From: Guillardia theta CCMP2712
Taxonomy: Eukaryota > Protista > Cryptophyta
DNA: 64,000 nt
Assembly: GCF_000315625.1 (NCBI RefSeq)
Contig: NW_005434661.1
Location: forward strand, 236,878-300,877
Reading direction: 5' to 3'
Shown here: one piece after another, positions 12,201 to 24,549 of the stretch
How the letters are laid out: every line of letters starts with the position of its first letter
Numbering within the stretch: position 1 is the first letter of the stretch
Program-made: the position numbers and the translations under genes
Notes under the pieces: generated by a model
What the model saw: only the letters and a program-made list of their open reading frames with translations
The model's database searches: none
Told to the model about the DNA's origin: nothing

Positions 12201-14603
12201 CTCCCTCCTCTCTCCCTCTCAATTTCCACCTGATCTTTGCACATGCACAACACGTGAAGCTCTTTCAGGAGACGCAAGCGCTGCTGCTCCTTCATTACAT
12301 TGAAGACCTGCGGTACCTTTCACCTCCCCCTCCTCGGCCCCCCCCCTCCCCGCCTCCACTCCCCTCGCCCTCCTGTCTCCTTCCTCAACACTCCTCTCTT
12401 CCCTTCTTTCACTCCTCCCTCTTCCTTTCCTGCAGCGTCAGCGTCCTCGAATCTGCGGTGCTCCTCACGCGTACGATCCCTTTGCTCGCCTCCCTCCATA
12501 GAGTAGACTGAAGGATGGGCTGAAGGGGCCGGAGGGAACGGGAAGGGAAAGCAGGAGAGAGAAGGGGAGGAGAGAGGAGACCCGTGCGGGATGAGATGGA
12601 GGGAGAGAAAGAGGTAAAAGGAAGAAGAGGAGGAAGAGGAAAGGGGAGGGGGAAGTCAAGGAGGAGAGACAGAAACTCAGTGGTCGCCGGCACATCGCAG
12701 CTACAAGTAAACTTACATGCCTGCCTGAGGGCTCCTGAGCGGAGAGCTTGTCAGCTGAATGCTTCTGTAGGGATCTGTGAAACCTCTGCGATGCTGGTGG
12801 GCTCGTCAGGAAAGTCCCACCAGGCAGCAGCTCCTGCTTACCATGGGACGCGGAGAGAGTCGGAGAGATTGGAGTTTGCAAGGACATGCTGTGGAGAAGG
12901 AGTTACCGATGAAGAGGGAGGGAAGGGGCGGGGGGTGGGAAGGAGGAGGAGGAGGTGGTGGTGGTGGAGGTAAGATGAAGAGAGGGCGTTGGAGGTAGAT
13001 GGTCAACTGCAATGGTGTTTGAAATCGATGGGAGGGCGGGAAGAAAGAGAGAAATTGAGGGCAGGAAGAGGAGAAGAGAGGAAGAGAAGCAGAGAGCAAG
13101 AGAGAGGGAATGAGGCAGGAGGAGCGAGGGATGGAGGGGGAGGAAGGAGGACTGAAGAACATGAAGATAAACCTATCCTCGTGCTCTGGGACTTCATGGA
13201 TGTCGTAGAAGTCAAAGGAAGACCAGTCGATGCCCGAGCCAACGTTCTTGATGACGGTACCTGCCACGAGATCAGCAGCGCTAGAAGGGGGGAGGAAAAC
13301 TGGAGGAGACGCAGGAAAGCAGAGGAGCGGGACAAGGTTGAGAGGAGTGAGGAAAAGGGGAAAGAGGGACACGAGCATAGCAGAGCAGCAGAGGGAGAGA
13401 GAGGGGGGGAGAGAGGGGGAGAGAGAGAGGGAGAGTCAGGAGCGGGGAAGGACAGGAGAGATCGATAAGGTCCATCAGGTGGAAGGGGCGGCGGCTTTAC
13501 CTGGTTGCAAGACGCTCGGGCCGGACTGTGCGAAGAAGGGTGGAAGAAGTCCCTGCAACGCAGGAGAGCTCAAAGACTGAGCGCAGGAGCGAGGAGGATC
13601 GCTGGTGTTGGTGGATTAAGAAGTAGTCAAATGATGATGATGATGATGATGAGGAGGAGGAGGAGGAGGAGGAGGAGGAGGAGGAGGAGGAGGAGGAGGA
13701 AGAGGAGGAAGAGGAGGGCGCCCAAGGCAGTGGGAAGTTATGAGGAGGAGGAGACGACAACGATAGACGAGGATGATGATGGTGGTGATGATGGTGCAGT
13801 TGGTAGAGATGGTGATGATAACCTTGGGAGCTTGCTCGATTCCTCGTGGAGTGATGACAAAGCTGCTCATGCCCATCAAAGTCAGAACAGGAAGGAGGGG
13901 GCAACGACGTAGAGGTTGGAAGTGAAGAAGCAGTTGATGGTGATGCTAGTCTGAGCAGGAGCAGGAGCAGGGGTGGGGGGAGCAGGAGGAGAAGAGCAGG
14001 AGGAGTAGAGCATGAGGAGGAGTGGAACAGCAGGAAGGGTAGAGGAGCTGGAAGAATGGAGGGGCTCGCAGAGGCAGCACGTACCCTCCATCAATGAACG
14101 CCAGGGGCTTCTCGAGACTCCCGATGAGAAACGATGGCTTCTGCTGCAACCCAACTCACTTCAGTCTCTCCCCGTCGGGGCAGGAAGAGCTCCTGACCTC
14201 CACGACCTCCACGTTGCCCGCTTTGCCGCTCGACCGCTCGCTCCTTCTCTACGAGCTCATCACAGAGGGCAGAAGGGAAGAGGGGGAACTAGCCGCTGCT
14301 CCCTCACCTCTCGGCTGGAGTGGCTGGTGATGGGAGACTGCAGGGTAGCGTGAGGTCTGCTGTCAGTCTGGGGAGAGCAAGTCAACGTAGCAGGGGCAGG
14401 CATAGAGGAAGGTCGAGCCGAGAGCGACAGTCTCCTCGCCGTCCTTCACTTACCTCTGCTGTCGCCAACATGAACGAGCGGGTCAGCCGGCTTCTAGGAG
14501 CCGACAAGTCCTTGGGCCTCGCGCTCTTGGGTCTGACACATGCGTCAGGGCGATGGGATGGTCCCTCGTCGTCAAGGATGACGGCCTATGCACAAGGAGA
14601 CAA

Positions 14604-14641
<38 letters not shown>

Positions 14642-14965
14642 CAGGGAGCCAGGAGGACTGCAAGAGTGCCACGAGACAACCAACATTGCAGGAGTGCAAA
14701 AAGAGGACAACAGCACCAACCCAGTCCTCCACTGCCCGCCCGTGCCCAGCTCAGAGGCCAAGGAGGCGTCGGGCTTGGCGAAAGTCACCGTCAAGTCGTC
14801 GTCATCGTGCTCGAAGCAGAACTCGAATCCAAGTCTTGTCGTGCCCTCATACTCAGGGCTCGATGCCATCCCGTCCCTCCAGCTGATGTCCTCCCAGCTC
14901 GACTGCACTGAGATCCTGGGGGATCCAATGAGTTTGGCAGCTCTCCTGACTATGCTGATCAACAA
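9201..14965 (-). CDS. Large multi-exon protein with C-terminal calmodulin-like EF-hand pairs
   Basis: Spliced exons give FLQRVFNFVDKDGDGTLQR|DEVIEML (~10855-11030), LSRDGGLSFETFIDWWAK (~10475-10545) and FLRDAFNKYDADG|SGYIDLEELHE|LLKDLGHNYTLNELRRMM...LDFERF, with stop at 9201. Upstream low-complexity exons are separated by repeat-filled introns and two N gaps. The 5' end is uncertain (~15.0-15.4 kb) and this could be more than one gene. Confidence 0.65.
10008..10240. repeat. (GGA)n microsatellite spanning assembly gap 10065-10164
   Basis: Visible (GGA)n, (GGTA)n and 100 N. Confidence 0.95.
11335..11405. repeat. (GGAGA)n microsatellite
   Basis: Visible repeat. Confidence 0.9.
11860..11980. 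repeat. (GGA)n/(GGT)n microsatellite; assembly gap follows at 12092-12191
   Basis: Visible repeat. Confidence 0.9.
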
Positions 14966-15479
14966 CCCTCCTGCTCATCCTTCCCACCTCTCTCCAAAGG
15001 TTTCGCCTCCTCTCTCTTCCGTTCCTGAGTCTCCCTCTGTAACCCTGACCCTGTCTCCCTCGGGATGCACCTCGGGATTGGTTGAACTTCATTTTCCGGT
15101 CTCTTCTCCCTCCCCACCACTCCCAACTCGACTCGGGAGTCGTTCTTCAGACCTCTCCTTTGCCTTCTGCAAGTTCCCCTCGCATCCGTTCGGGCCTCGT
15201 CCCTCCCTCCCTCCTCGTCCCTCCACCCTCCCTGTGTCCTAGCACTGTTGCTTTACTGTTGCCCTCCTCCTCCCTCCCCTCCCTGCTTCCTGCTCCTCCT
15301 CCCTCCCTCCTCTCTTATCCCTGCTCCCTGCTCCCTGCTCCCTGCTCCCTCCTCCCTCCTCCCTCCTCCCTCCTCCCTCCTCCCTCCTCCCTCCCTCGCT
15401 TGATGGTCAGTTCACTGTTCTAGTCCGTTGACACCCATCGTCAATTTCCTGCGAACGTTCTGGATACTGTAGAGAAAAA

Positions 15480-15820
15480 CCTTTTGCCGGATATTAATGT
15501 ACAGTCACGTCCCCTTGTAAACTAAGGTGGAAAAAATTGCTATGTGGGTACAGAAAATACATCTTGAAATTTCAAAAATTATGAATTTATTTGAACTTTA
15601 TTGACACCACATCGGTTTCGACCGCCGCTTGCATTTAGGCCCCACCCCCCTTTCTATTCAACAAAGTATCTGACCCACCCCCTTCTCCTCCTGAACTTCT
15701 GAATAACCCTTAAATTTTCCAGTAAGTACCCCATATAAAAGCTGCTCCTGACCCCCCTTATCACCGTAGTACCCTCCAACATTTCACCCCTACCCCCAAT
15801 CTTAATCCTCTAAACCTTTC
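15480..15820. promoter_or_regulatory. Intergenic TACCCC-rich element with AT core (copy 2), between divergent genes
   Basis: AT core 15561-15605 (ttgaaatttcaaaaattatgaatttatttgaac), then cccacccccc, agtacccc and acccctaccccc ending ~30 bp before the ATG at 15828. Confidence 0.5.
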
Positions 15821-15827
15821 AGGATCC

Positions 15828-17336
15828 ATGGCTCGCCTTGTGTCCGTAGTCACCGCGAGCAGCAACTCCGGCGCTCAATGCGTGAGAGATCTGCTACAGC
15901 AGGTACGAGGAAGCGATGGAAGACAGGAGGGAGGAGGGAGGAGCCGGGAGAGGATTGCATGGTGGAGAGTGGTTGGGAGGGAGGAGAGCCTTGGAAACGT
16001 GAAGGATGACAACGGGATCACGACATCAAAGAACAGCAGAGGATGATAGTCAGAAAGTAGGAGGGTTAATACTGCAAAGCTGCATCGTCATGGATTCGCA
16101 TAGCAATACAAACATAGCAACACATGGGCTCGTCGCACTCTAATAGCTGCGCACCTGTTGTACTGGCAGGAAGCTCTCAAGGGGAAGGCCAAAGTCCGCG
16201 CTGTCTACCGCACCAAGGAGAAGGCTGATGCAGCGCTTGCGGAGCTAGGAAAGCATGGTTCGATGGCGTTGCTGTGACGGCAGAGTCTGACTGGAGTCTC
16301 TTGGCTCTCTTGACTTCAGACAACCTTGAGTGCATCCATGGAGTGGACGCCATGAAGATGGACACGCTTATGACCGCCTTCGAGGGAGCTGAGGTCTGTG
16401 CATGCCGCCCATGGAGGAGGGAAGCCTGACGCGTGATCGCTGCTCTTGGCAGGTTGCTGTCATCGTCACTCCCCATGATGCCGCTGTCGGCTTCGCTAAC
16501 GATGCCGAGATGTGTCACAACATGGTGAACGCCGCGGTCTCGTGCAACGTGAAGCACATCGTCTACGTCGGGAGCTGGACTGTCGCTGTGTCTCAGTACA
16601 TCAAGATTATCTCCTCGCGCTTTGCGTCCACCGAGAAGCTGCTGAGGGAGCTCGGAGAGCAGAAGAAGGTGTGTAGACGCCTCTCTTCGCTGCCGCCGAA
16701 GCTCAGGGCATGTACCTGCAGATCACCTGGAACCATCTTCGCTCCGGCTTCTTCAACCAGAATCTGGTTCACATGATGGGCCATGGGGTGAAGGCAGGGA
16801 AGGTCCGCTTCCCGGACATGAAGATCCCATGCGTCGATCCTCGCGACATGGGAACGATGGCTGCCTTCATCGCCTGCTCCGACTATGCCAAGGAGCATGC
16901 CAATTGCTGCTACGAGGTCTCAGGCCCCGAAAACCTGGTAAGCGCTGTTGATTCCTTCCTGAAATGCTTGCCCTCATGCTGTCCCAGACTTCAGCCCAAA
17001 TCGTGGAAGCGATCGGAACTGCCGTGGGGAAGAAGGTCGAATATGAGGTGAGGAGCTGGGCGGGAGGAAGCTGTGTGGTAGAGGTGTGACCTGGGGAATT
17101 TGTGCAGCCCGTTCCCATCAAGGAGCACATGGAGAAACTCCCGCAGTTCATGAAGGAGGTGTTCCATGTAAGCTCAGAGCCTCGGCGGGAGCCGGAGCGT
17201 CCACTGAGATTGTTTGCAGTGCATGGAGGAGCTTCCTGATTCCATCCCCTGCACCGACGACGTCGAGAAGGTCACTGGGATCCGAGCTAGAACCCTCTCG
17301 GCATGGCTCAACGAGAACGCGGCAGCCTTCGCCTGA
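15828..17336 (+). CDS. NmrA-like atypical SDR / NAD(P)-binding Rossmann protein (multi-exon)
   Basis: VVTASSNSG nucleotide loop, KVRAVYRT, HMVNAAVSCNVKHIVYVGS-like segment, WNHLRSGFFNQN, IPCVDPRDMG, YEVSGPE, DDVEKVTGIRARTLSAWLNENAAAFA*. Confidence 0.85.
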
Positions 17337-17565
17337 TCGGCGGGCAGCAACTCAGGGGGTGTGTAAGCACGAGGAACGAAAATCTATACATTACTAGAGC
17401 GTCAAAAAGAATCATGCAAATCTCAGGGCAGATTGTGGGTATCGCAACAAAAAAAAACAAAAAACTGTCCCATGTCAGCCACCTGGAAACGCTCCTTCTC
17501 CAAGACACTGAGCACTGGCTGACTTCATGAACGCGATACCTCCGCAGGCTGGCCGTTGATCTGAC

Positions 17566-19328
17566 TCAGTGCTCTGCGCAATCCTGTCCCTCGAACACGT
17601 CTTTCATGCCATACCATTGGATACCGACTGCAGCGTCATCTTGCGGGTCTGAGACCGCACTAACTTCCACCACTTCCTTCTCCACAAAATGTTTTGGAAG
17701 GATCATATCCTCCGAGTTACTCCTCCCAGCTGCCATCGGGGCCTCCATGGTTGCTCGTATGTGTGTGGTCACTCCGTTCTCCAGACTGCTCTTTCGGAAC
17801 AGGCCGTCTTCGGAAAACTTTCTTGTCAGTCCAGCAGCCCCTGCTGGTCCGGGACGCTCTCCATTGCTCGTCCTGGCAGCAGGCAAGATGTTGCGGCCTC
17901 TGTCAGCTGGAGGGTCCAGAAACGATGCAACCAGGGTCGACGCTGCACCCTCCTTCGCTGTCTGCGACGAGTGATCAGCCGACGTCGGATCTCTGGGCGG
18001 TTTGGGAGGCAGAGGAGGTCTTCCTGGTGACTGGAGAGGGCTGATGAGGGATGGAGGGGAAGGAAATTTCTTGGGCAGTCGAAGAGAGTCATGCTCCAGC
18101 TCTTGGAGGACGGAGAGAGCACCAACGCTCGACCGCCTTCTCAAGAACGACGATGCAGAATCCGGCTGATGAACACTCCCAATCTCTGCCTCTGGTTTCC
18201 CGAACGCCCTCAGGAAATCTCTCACCGTCTTCTCTGCGCAGTTCGCCTGCGATTGAATGATGTCAAAATGCAAGAGGGCTGAAGCAGACGGTCGACATTG
18301 CTCGAGTTTGACCAGACACGAGTCTATGAAATGTTCGAAGGCCTCTGTGTATCCCAACCCTTTGGCTGATGGCGGCTCCTTCTGCACTACCATTGCCCAT
18401 AAGTCTGCTTGACTCCTCGGGGCATAATCTCCAGTCACAAACGGATGAACGCCCTTCGCACATTCCAAAATCATAATCCCCAATGCCCATATATCACCCT
18501 TGTCGGAGCATACTTGTCCGTCCAGCCTTTCAGGGCTCATGTACCCGACAGTCCCAGCAACACAGTCAGTGTCCGCATCTCGTATGCTCACTCCAAAATC
18601 GCTGAGTTTCACACCACCATCCATGCTTAGCAACACATTGCCGGGTTTGAGATCTCTGTGAACCATCTTGTGGTCATCATGAAGGAATCGCAGGGCCTTT
18701 AGGACAGAGAAGGCAATTGAACTCAATAAACTCTCCTGCATCTTTTCGTACTTGCCAGTGCCTTTCTGTTTGACCTTAACATTATGAGAGTGAATTAGCA
18801 CTTCTAATGAACCCCATGTCATCAGTTCCAGAACCATGTAAACTCGTTGTTCCACGTAGAAGACATCAAACAGACCCACGATCTGTGGCATACTCCCACA
18901 TTCGCGATAGGCCTGTAATTCACGCATAACTTGATGTCTTGTTGACTGTTCACAGATGTTCACACGCTTGAGAGCAAATAGCCGATTAGTTGGCTTGTGT
19001 CTAGCTTGCAGAACGCACCCCGCTTCCCCATGTCCTAACTCCCTGCCCAATTCAAGGTCTGACATTTGAAATCCTTTTTCACCCTTCTCGGACACGACAT
19101 AGTCCCTTGGCTGACCGGTAGCATAATCTTTCGCCGAGTACTTGAAGGTCGCAAGGCCTGAGCAACAGAATTCAGATCATGTGGTCAAGAATTCATTTCA
19201 AGAGTGTGACCTTTCTTGTCGAAGTCAAGATTGAACGATGCTTCTCGTGCCAGTGGCACCGCAACATGAAGACCATGCAGGCCTCGGTTCTGGCGAAATT
19301 TCGCACGTTTGCTTGGATTCTGCTCCAT
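17566..19328 (-). CDS. MAP kinase kinase (STE7/MKK family) with long C-terminal tail
   Basis: GHGEAG, ALK, HRDLKPGN, DFGVS and GTVGYMSPER, SDKGDIWALG. An upstream exon from ATG 19328 (MEQNPSKRAKFRQNRGLHGLHVAV) resembles a basic-hydrophobic MAPK docking site. Confidence 0.88.
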
Positions 19329-20329
19329 CACTGTGGGAGCGTACTCGGCTTCTGAGATGGCTCAGCCTCTAGCTTCCTCCGATCATCATACACAGCTTTA
19401 GCTTCGAAGATCACCAGATGTCTTGCATGGAGTGATGAAGATCAAAACGAGGATCCCTAGGTGAGACAGAGGCGATTGAAATGCTGTGGAGAAGGAAAAA
19501 GGAGCAACTTGGAATTGACGACGCCAATACACGTCACATAACCCGACTAGAACCTACTGAACTTCCGCACAAATGATCAGTAAAGACTGGTCGTTACTCT
19601 AGTTCGTAGTGTCCAGTCAATGGTCAAATAGCCCCAAATCAAGATCAAGAAATGGCCTGAGAAAACCCGTCAAACACTGAAAGCTGTCCGCACACAATTG
19701 TTGGATGATATCAAAAAATCGCAGACAACAAGGATTTGTTCAAATCATCCTTCCAAGCCTGCCATCTAGGAAGAACACGGACGATCGCAACATTTTCATA
19801 GAGGATTGCATTGGCATTCCATTCCTAACCAGACCTTGTCGTAACTCAGCAGTTCCCAAAACTACTCCCACTACACTCTTCATCCGCTTGTCTTAAATTG
19901 AACCCAAAGATAAAGTCTCATAAAACTTTCTTTAGCAGCTTGGAATCATTTCTCTGCCCGGCTTCTTTCCCCATAACAGCATTCCGGGCCCTTCAATTCT
20001 TTACAACCATTCACAACTCTTCCTTGGAATAACCCTCATACCAACTACGTCTCCTACAAAGCATTATTTTGACAGAGGCCGAACCCTCTCAGCATCCCAA
20101 GCAATATCATGACTTGGGAGACACTTCGTCCTCCAACCCGCTTGTCCATCATCTTCTTTCTCGCAATGTAACGGTGTATCCCTGCACCATTTTCGCACCC
20201 TGCATCCCATTTTCTCCCTTCCATCCCAACTACAATGCACCCATCAAGCTCAACTGGTGACATCTCCACTTCAACATCTACATGCTCATCAATCCTACCT
20301 CTCCCTGCCTCCTCCTCCTCTCTCTGCTC

Positions 20330-20935
20330 CTTATCCCCCCCCCCTCCCCCCGGCTATCTTCCAACCTCCACCATGCGACCCAAATGCCTCCTACTCCGTT
20401 ATTGACTACAGAGACCACTACATTGACTACAAATGACCCTACCCCCACGACCACCGCGATTTTGAACGATTGGTCCGAAATTAGTTTTTGACTACATGGC
20501 TTGTATCTTCACTACAATGTTCACATGTTGACTACAATAATGGCAGGTTCACTACAGGTTTCCACCTGCCCAGTTACGACCACCCCCACCGCCCCTACTG
20601 GTACTACCTACCGCCCACTGCCGGCTGTTATCCCCCCAATTGAAACTCTGTTCAAAATTTAAACATTCAAGGTGTATGTTGAAAACTTTATTTCAATGTT
20701 CAATATTTTACAACCTTTTCAAGTACCCCCCATTCAACCTACCCGAAGTACTATACTACCCCACCCCCTCCTCCTGAGTTGCATTTTTTTCCTGTTGTCA
20801 ACCGGCCCCCTCGATGATACACCACCCCTACCCCTACATTTCCAGTATCTGACACCCGTACACGTTTGACTACTACAGGTCACTACCATCAATTCACGAC
20901 GAGGAAAAGGGGTAGGGGTAGTGGGTTTGCTTTCC
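20330..20935. promoter_or_regulatory. Intergenic TACCCC-rich element with AT core and ACTACA array (copy 3), between divergent genes
   Basis: ACTACA x7 (20403-20556), AT core 20640-20720, acccctacccctac, ggggtaggggtag. Confidence 0.5.
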
Positions 20936-21051
20936 GGTAAGAAGGCAGAATCTAGGATACAAGTAGATATGTATCTAAATCTAGAACATATATCTAGAAC
21001 ACCTTGTTGGGTCCGAGTGCTCCAGACCTTGGAAGTTCAGAGTGCCAAGGC

Positions 21052-23588
21052 ATGCTGCAAAGCGGGTTTAGGCCCCAATCAACTGCATGCAGCGTGTTGA
21101 GGCCAGCTGTCGTCACCGCCCTGTTCTCTCTTCTCTTCCTTCCTGCCACCTTGACATACATGCTGCCCTGTCCATCATCGGTCCATCCCTCCATGATAGC
21201 GAAGAGGGCTTCTTGTGTACTGGGCAGACTGCACTCAGGGGGGCTGGGCAGAGGCAGGAGGGAGGGTGGGAGAAGGATTCTCATGAGCGGGATGAGCGAC
21301 AAGCAAAACAACGAGGAAATGGGAATGGAAGCAGATCTCGATGAGGATTGGAGAACTTTCAGGGCCAAGTTGGTTTGGTCAGAGGGTGCGGTCGCAGAAA
21401 CAGAAACCAGTTCAGATGCCATGAAGCAAGAAAATTCGCTATGGTTGCACCAGCTCCCCATACCTGAGCGAGGCTGCTTGATGCTGGCGAATCCCATGAA
21501 GTTTGGAGATAGCCAGTCCTATTTCTCGAAATCCATCATCGTGCTGATAGAATACGGAGTCATGGGAACAGTAGGCTTCATCAACAACCGCCCGACTCCT
21601 CATCTTGTTGGAGAGGTAAGCGTCGCATGTATCATCTTTTGCTATTGCTCCTTGCCATCCCTGCCCTTTCCTATCTCCCCGTGTCCAAGTGGTCTTCGTA
21701 AGGTCCCATAACCGTTGGGTACAGTTTGCGCAAACCCATCGAGCATTCTTGCACTGCCCTCTGTTCTTCGGGGGTCCAGTTGGAGAAACAGTGCATGTGT
21801 TGCATCGAGTGGCAACGGTCAAGGGAGCTCGATTGATTGTCCCTGGTCTCTATCATGGCGGCGACCTGGACCATGCCGGCTCGCTCGTGGAATCCGGGGA
21901 GGCGAAGCTTGAGGTGCAGCCTGCTGTGCATGCATGACAGGATAGTGAGACGCTTCTATCAGGATTTCCGCTTCTTCTACAAGCACTCGTCATGGGGACC
22001 TGGGCAGCTGGAAGATGAAGTGAAGCAGGAGGTGCGCCATGAGTCAGCCTTCCAGTGCTCCTTGTCGGCTAAGAAGCACACTAGGTTTGGTTCCCAGCCG
22101 CTTGCTCGTCAGGAATGATTTTCAGGCCGACAGCGATAGCTCACGCTCATACCCACACCGACAGGTCTCAGTGGCACTTCTGCATGCAGAAGGTACAGAT
22201 AGTCTCAATCCCGGTAGGCGCGCAACTGATTCAAATCCTCCTCAGCTGGGTGGAGACTTCCTGAAGTTGTCTCAGAACGTCAGGTTGGAGGAGTCGCTGT
22301 CCTCGAACGAGGTTGCTCAACTGCCCTCGGGATGTTGTGCTGATGCGTTGGTGTAGTTTGTCACGCAGTGGATGACAGTCCTGTCTGCGGAGGAAGCGAG
22401 ACTGGAGTTCGGAGCTGTGCTGATTGCACGGGTGAAAGGCAAGCCGCAACAAGTGGATGCTGTGAGGGCGCCTGACTTTGCCTCGCTGTTAGATCATAGT
22501 ATCACTCAAGCACTCATCGACATAGAGCTCGATGCTATAGCACAAGCAGTCAGGGATGAGCTGAGCAACAATCTGTGAGCAACGAAACCTCTAGTTCCTA
22601 CACAGGGCTTGACATTCATGTTCTCAGATTTGAGAAGAGTGCAACTGATGACCAGATCATACAAGCCTTGAACAAAGTGTGCACAAAAATTCGAGTGTGC
22701 TCATGACACGTGTATCACTTATAAACGAGTCCAGGTTCTATTCGAGCAAGTTGGAATTCAGGGTGATAGGTTGGACTACTACAATCCGATGAACAGCTAT
22801 ATTCACCAGGTCAACCGCATTGCTCATGTTGTGTGAGTTGACAGTAAGGTACAGGTCCTCAAAAGGAAGCGTGGCAATCCTATCACCATATCTGTGATCT
22901 ACATGGCTGTAGCTTGGCGTTTGGGCCTTGAACTAACGGGTTGTGCACTTTGCACAGTGATCTCTCTCTTACTTTCTGTTTCTCAGGTGTGAATTCACCC
23001 AGACATTTCCTGGTCCAGTTCAAATCAACAGGACAAGGGGGGAGTTTGTCGGAACCCGTGTACAAGTATGTGGATCCTTTCAACGGGGGAAAGGTGTTAC
23101 CCTACTGGTCATTTCTCAACCTCAAACCTTGCCCAGTTGCTCTCACTGGAGGAGGCTTTGGACAAATTTTCCATGGATATCCCGGTGATGACTCTCAGTC
23201 TCTAGCTGGGGATGTTGTGATGGAATGTGGTTACAGGATGACGATAGCAGCCCCGAACAACTTCGGCGATCCCTTTTGTCGCCTGCCCCAGCTGTAAGGA
23301 AAGACTCACAACCGCATAAGGATGCTGAAATGGAACTAGCTGAAGGTCTATTCGCGCATGTTGAGGAACCTGGTGATCGCAAACACACTCAAGGTATGAA
23401 CTTCAACTGAGTTTGCAATGAGTGACAGTTTTTCCGGGGCCGGCAGGGTGTAGAGGACGATGCTGTGCTCTTCAGGTATCTCGATCATGGACAATCTGAG
23501 GCGTTTTCCTCACCCTGCCTGCAGCGAGGCGCTGGAAGCACTCGAGATTGCGGCCCAGAATGTAGCAAACGAGGAGCACTCACAATAA
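21052..23588 (+). CDS. Fusion of DUF179 (YqgE/AlgH) and SirB1/Transglut_core2-like domains, with N-terminal targeting leader
   Basis: DWRTFRAKLV, PERGCLMLA, YFSKSIIVL, GFINNRPT, LFFGGPVG and FRFFYKHSSWGPGQLEDEV are DUF179-type. They are followed through short introns by LFEQVGIQGDRLDYYNPMNSYIHQ|VLKRKRGNPITISVIYMAVAWRLGL|GVNSPRHFLV...YVDPFNGGK...RMLRNL (SirB1/FBXO21-type). Stop at 23588. Confidence 0.8.
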
Positions 23589-23688
23589 AGAAGCAGAATG
23601 GAGGAAGCATGCTCAGACGAGCATCAACAATCAGGACCAGATGAAGGCTTCACTGCTACGGTCCCATCTTTACATGTCATCTTAACAT

Positions 23689-24505
23689 TTAAGGGGCAGG
23701 GGCGGTCTCAACGAGGGCCCATCCGTCTCCCTCAGAGTAGGCAGGGTTGGCGTTGGCAAAGGGAGCTGCACAACAACGAGTTAGGCGCGAGGAAGCAGCG
23801 CAAAAGAGAACAGAGGGCTTACGGGAGCTCACGCCGATCATCTCAAGGTAAGCCTTGTAGTCAGCTGGAGCGTCATAGAACCCAGCGTTTCCGGTAGGGC
23901 ACTCGTAGCCTGCGAGCGCACGGATATCAGAGCATGTCATGAAGGACAGCGACAGACATAAAGAGATCACAACAAAACAAACGAAGCAAGCATCACAACA
24001 ACAAGCCGTCAGGCAATCAAACTTGCTTCAGGCAAGATGGTTTGGGATGAAACATTTGAGAAGCCCAGGGGGTAGCGATGAGGATCCAAATGAAGATAGT
24101 ACACAACTAGAGAACAAGCAGAGTTGAAGATAATGAGAAGAGAGGGGATGTTCAACAAATACATAATAATCTTCATCGTATTTGAAGTCTGTAGCCAAGC
24201 AGGGAGGCAAGAAGTGAAAAGAGATTGAGAGATTAAAAAATCACGAGCATTTCACAACAAAGTTGAGACAGGTAAAGATAGAAGAAACAAGATGAAACAA
24301 ATGATCTAAGCAAAAAATCTTGATCCGAAGGACAACATCATTATTGACGCGTGACTGTTTTGAACATGTACAGGAAACAACAAATGCTCACACATCAGGA
24401 AAGAGACGAAACAACCCATCATAACATGTACACAGAGAGAAGGCTCTCACAGTAGTTGTTGGCGAACTCGAGCGAGCGGAAGGGGGCAAGACGAAGAAGC
24501 GGCAT
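23689..24505 (-). CDS. Small multi-exon hypothetical protein
   Basis: First exon MPLLRLAPFRSLEFANNY with a GT donor. Last exons GYECPTGNAGFYDAPADYKAYLEMIG... and PFANANPAYSEGDGWALVETAPAP* have good branch points and acceptors. Middle exons are uncertain. Confidence 0.45.
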
Positions 24506-24549
24506 TGCACTGGCAGACGACACTTCGAACGCTCGTCCTGACCTTTCAA

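Noticed and set aside
9381-15423. Many poly-P/poly-S/poly-R ORFs in the ORF track
   Set aside because: They are translations of microsatellites and N gaps in the introns of the EF-hand gene.
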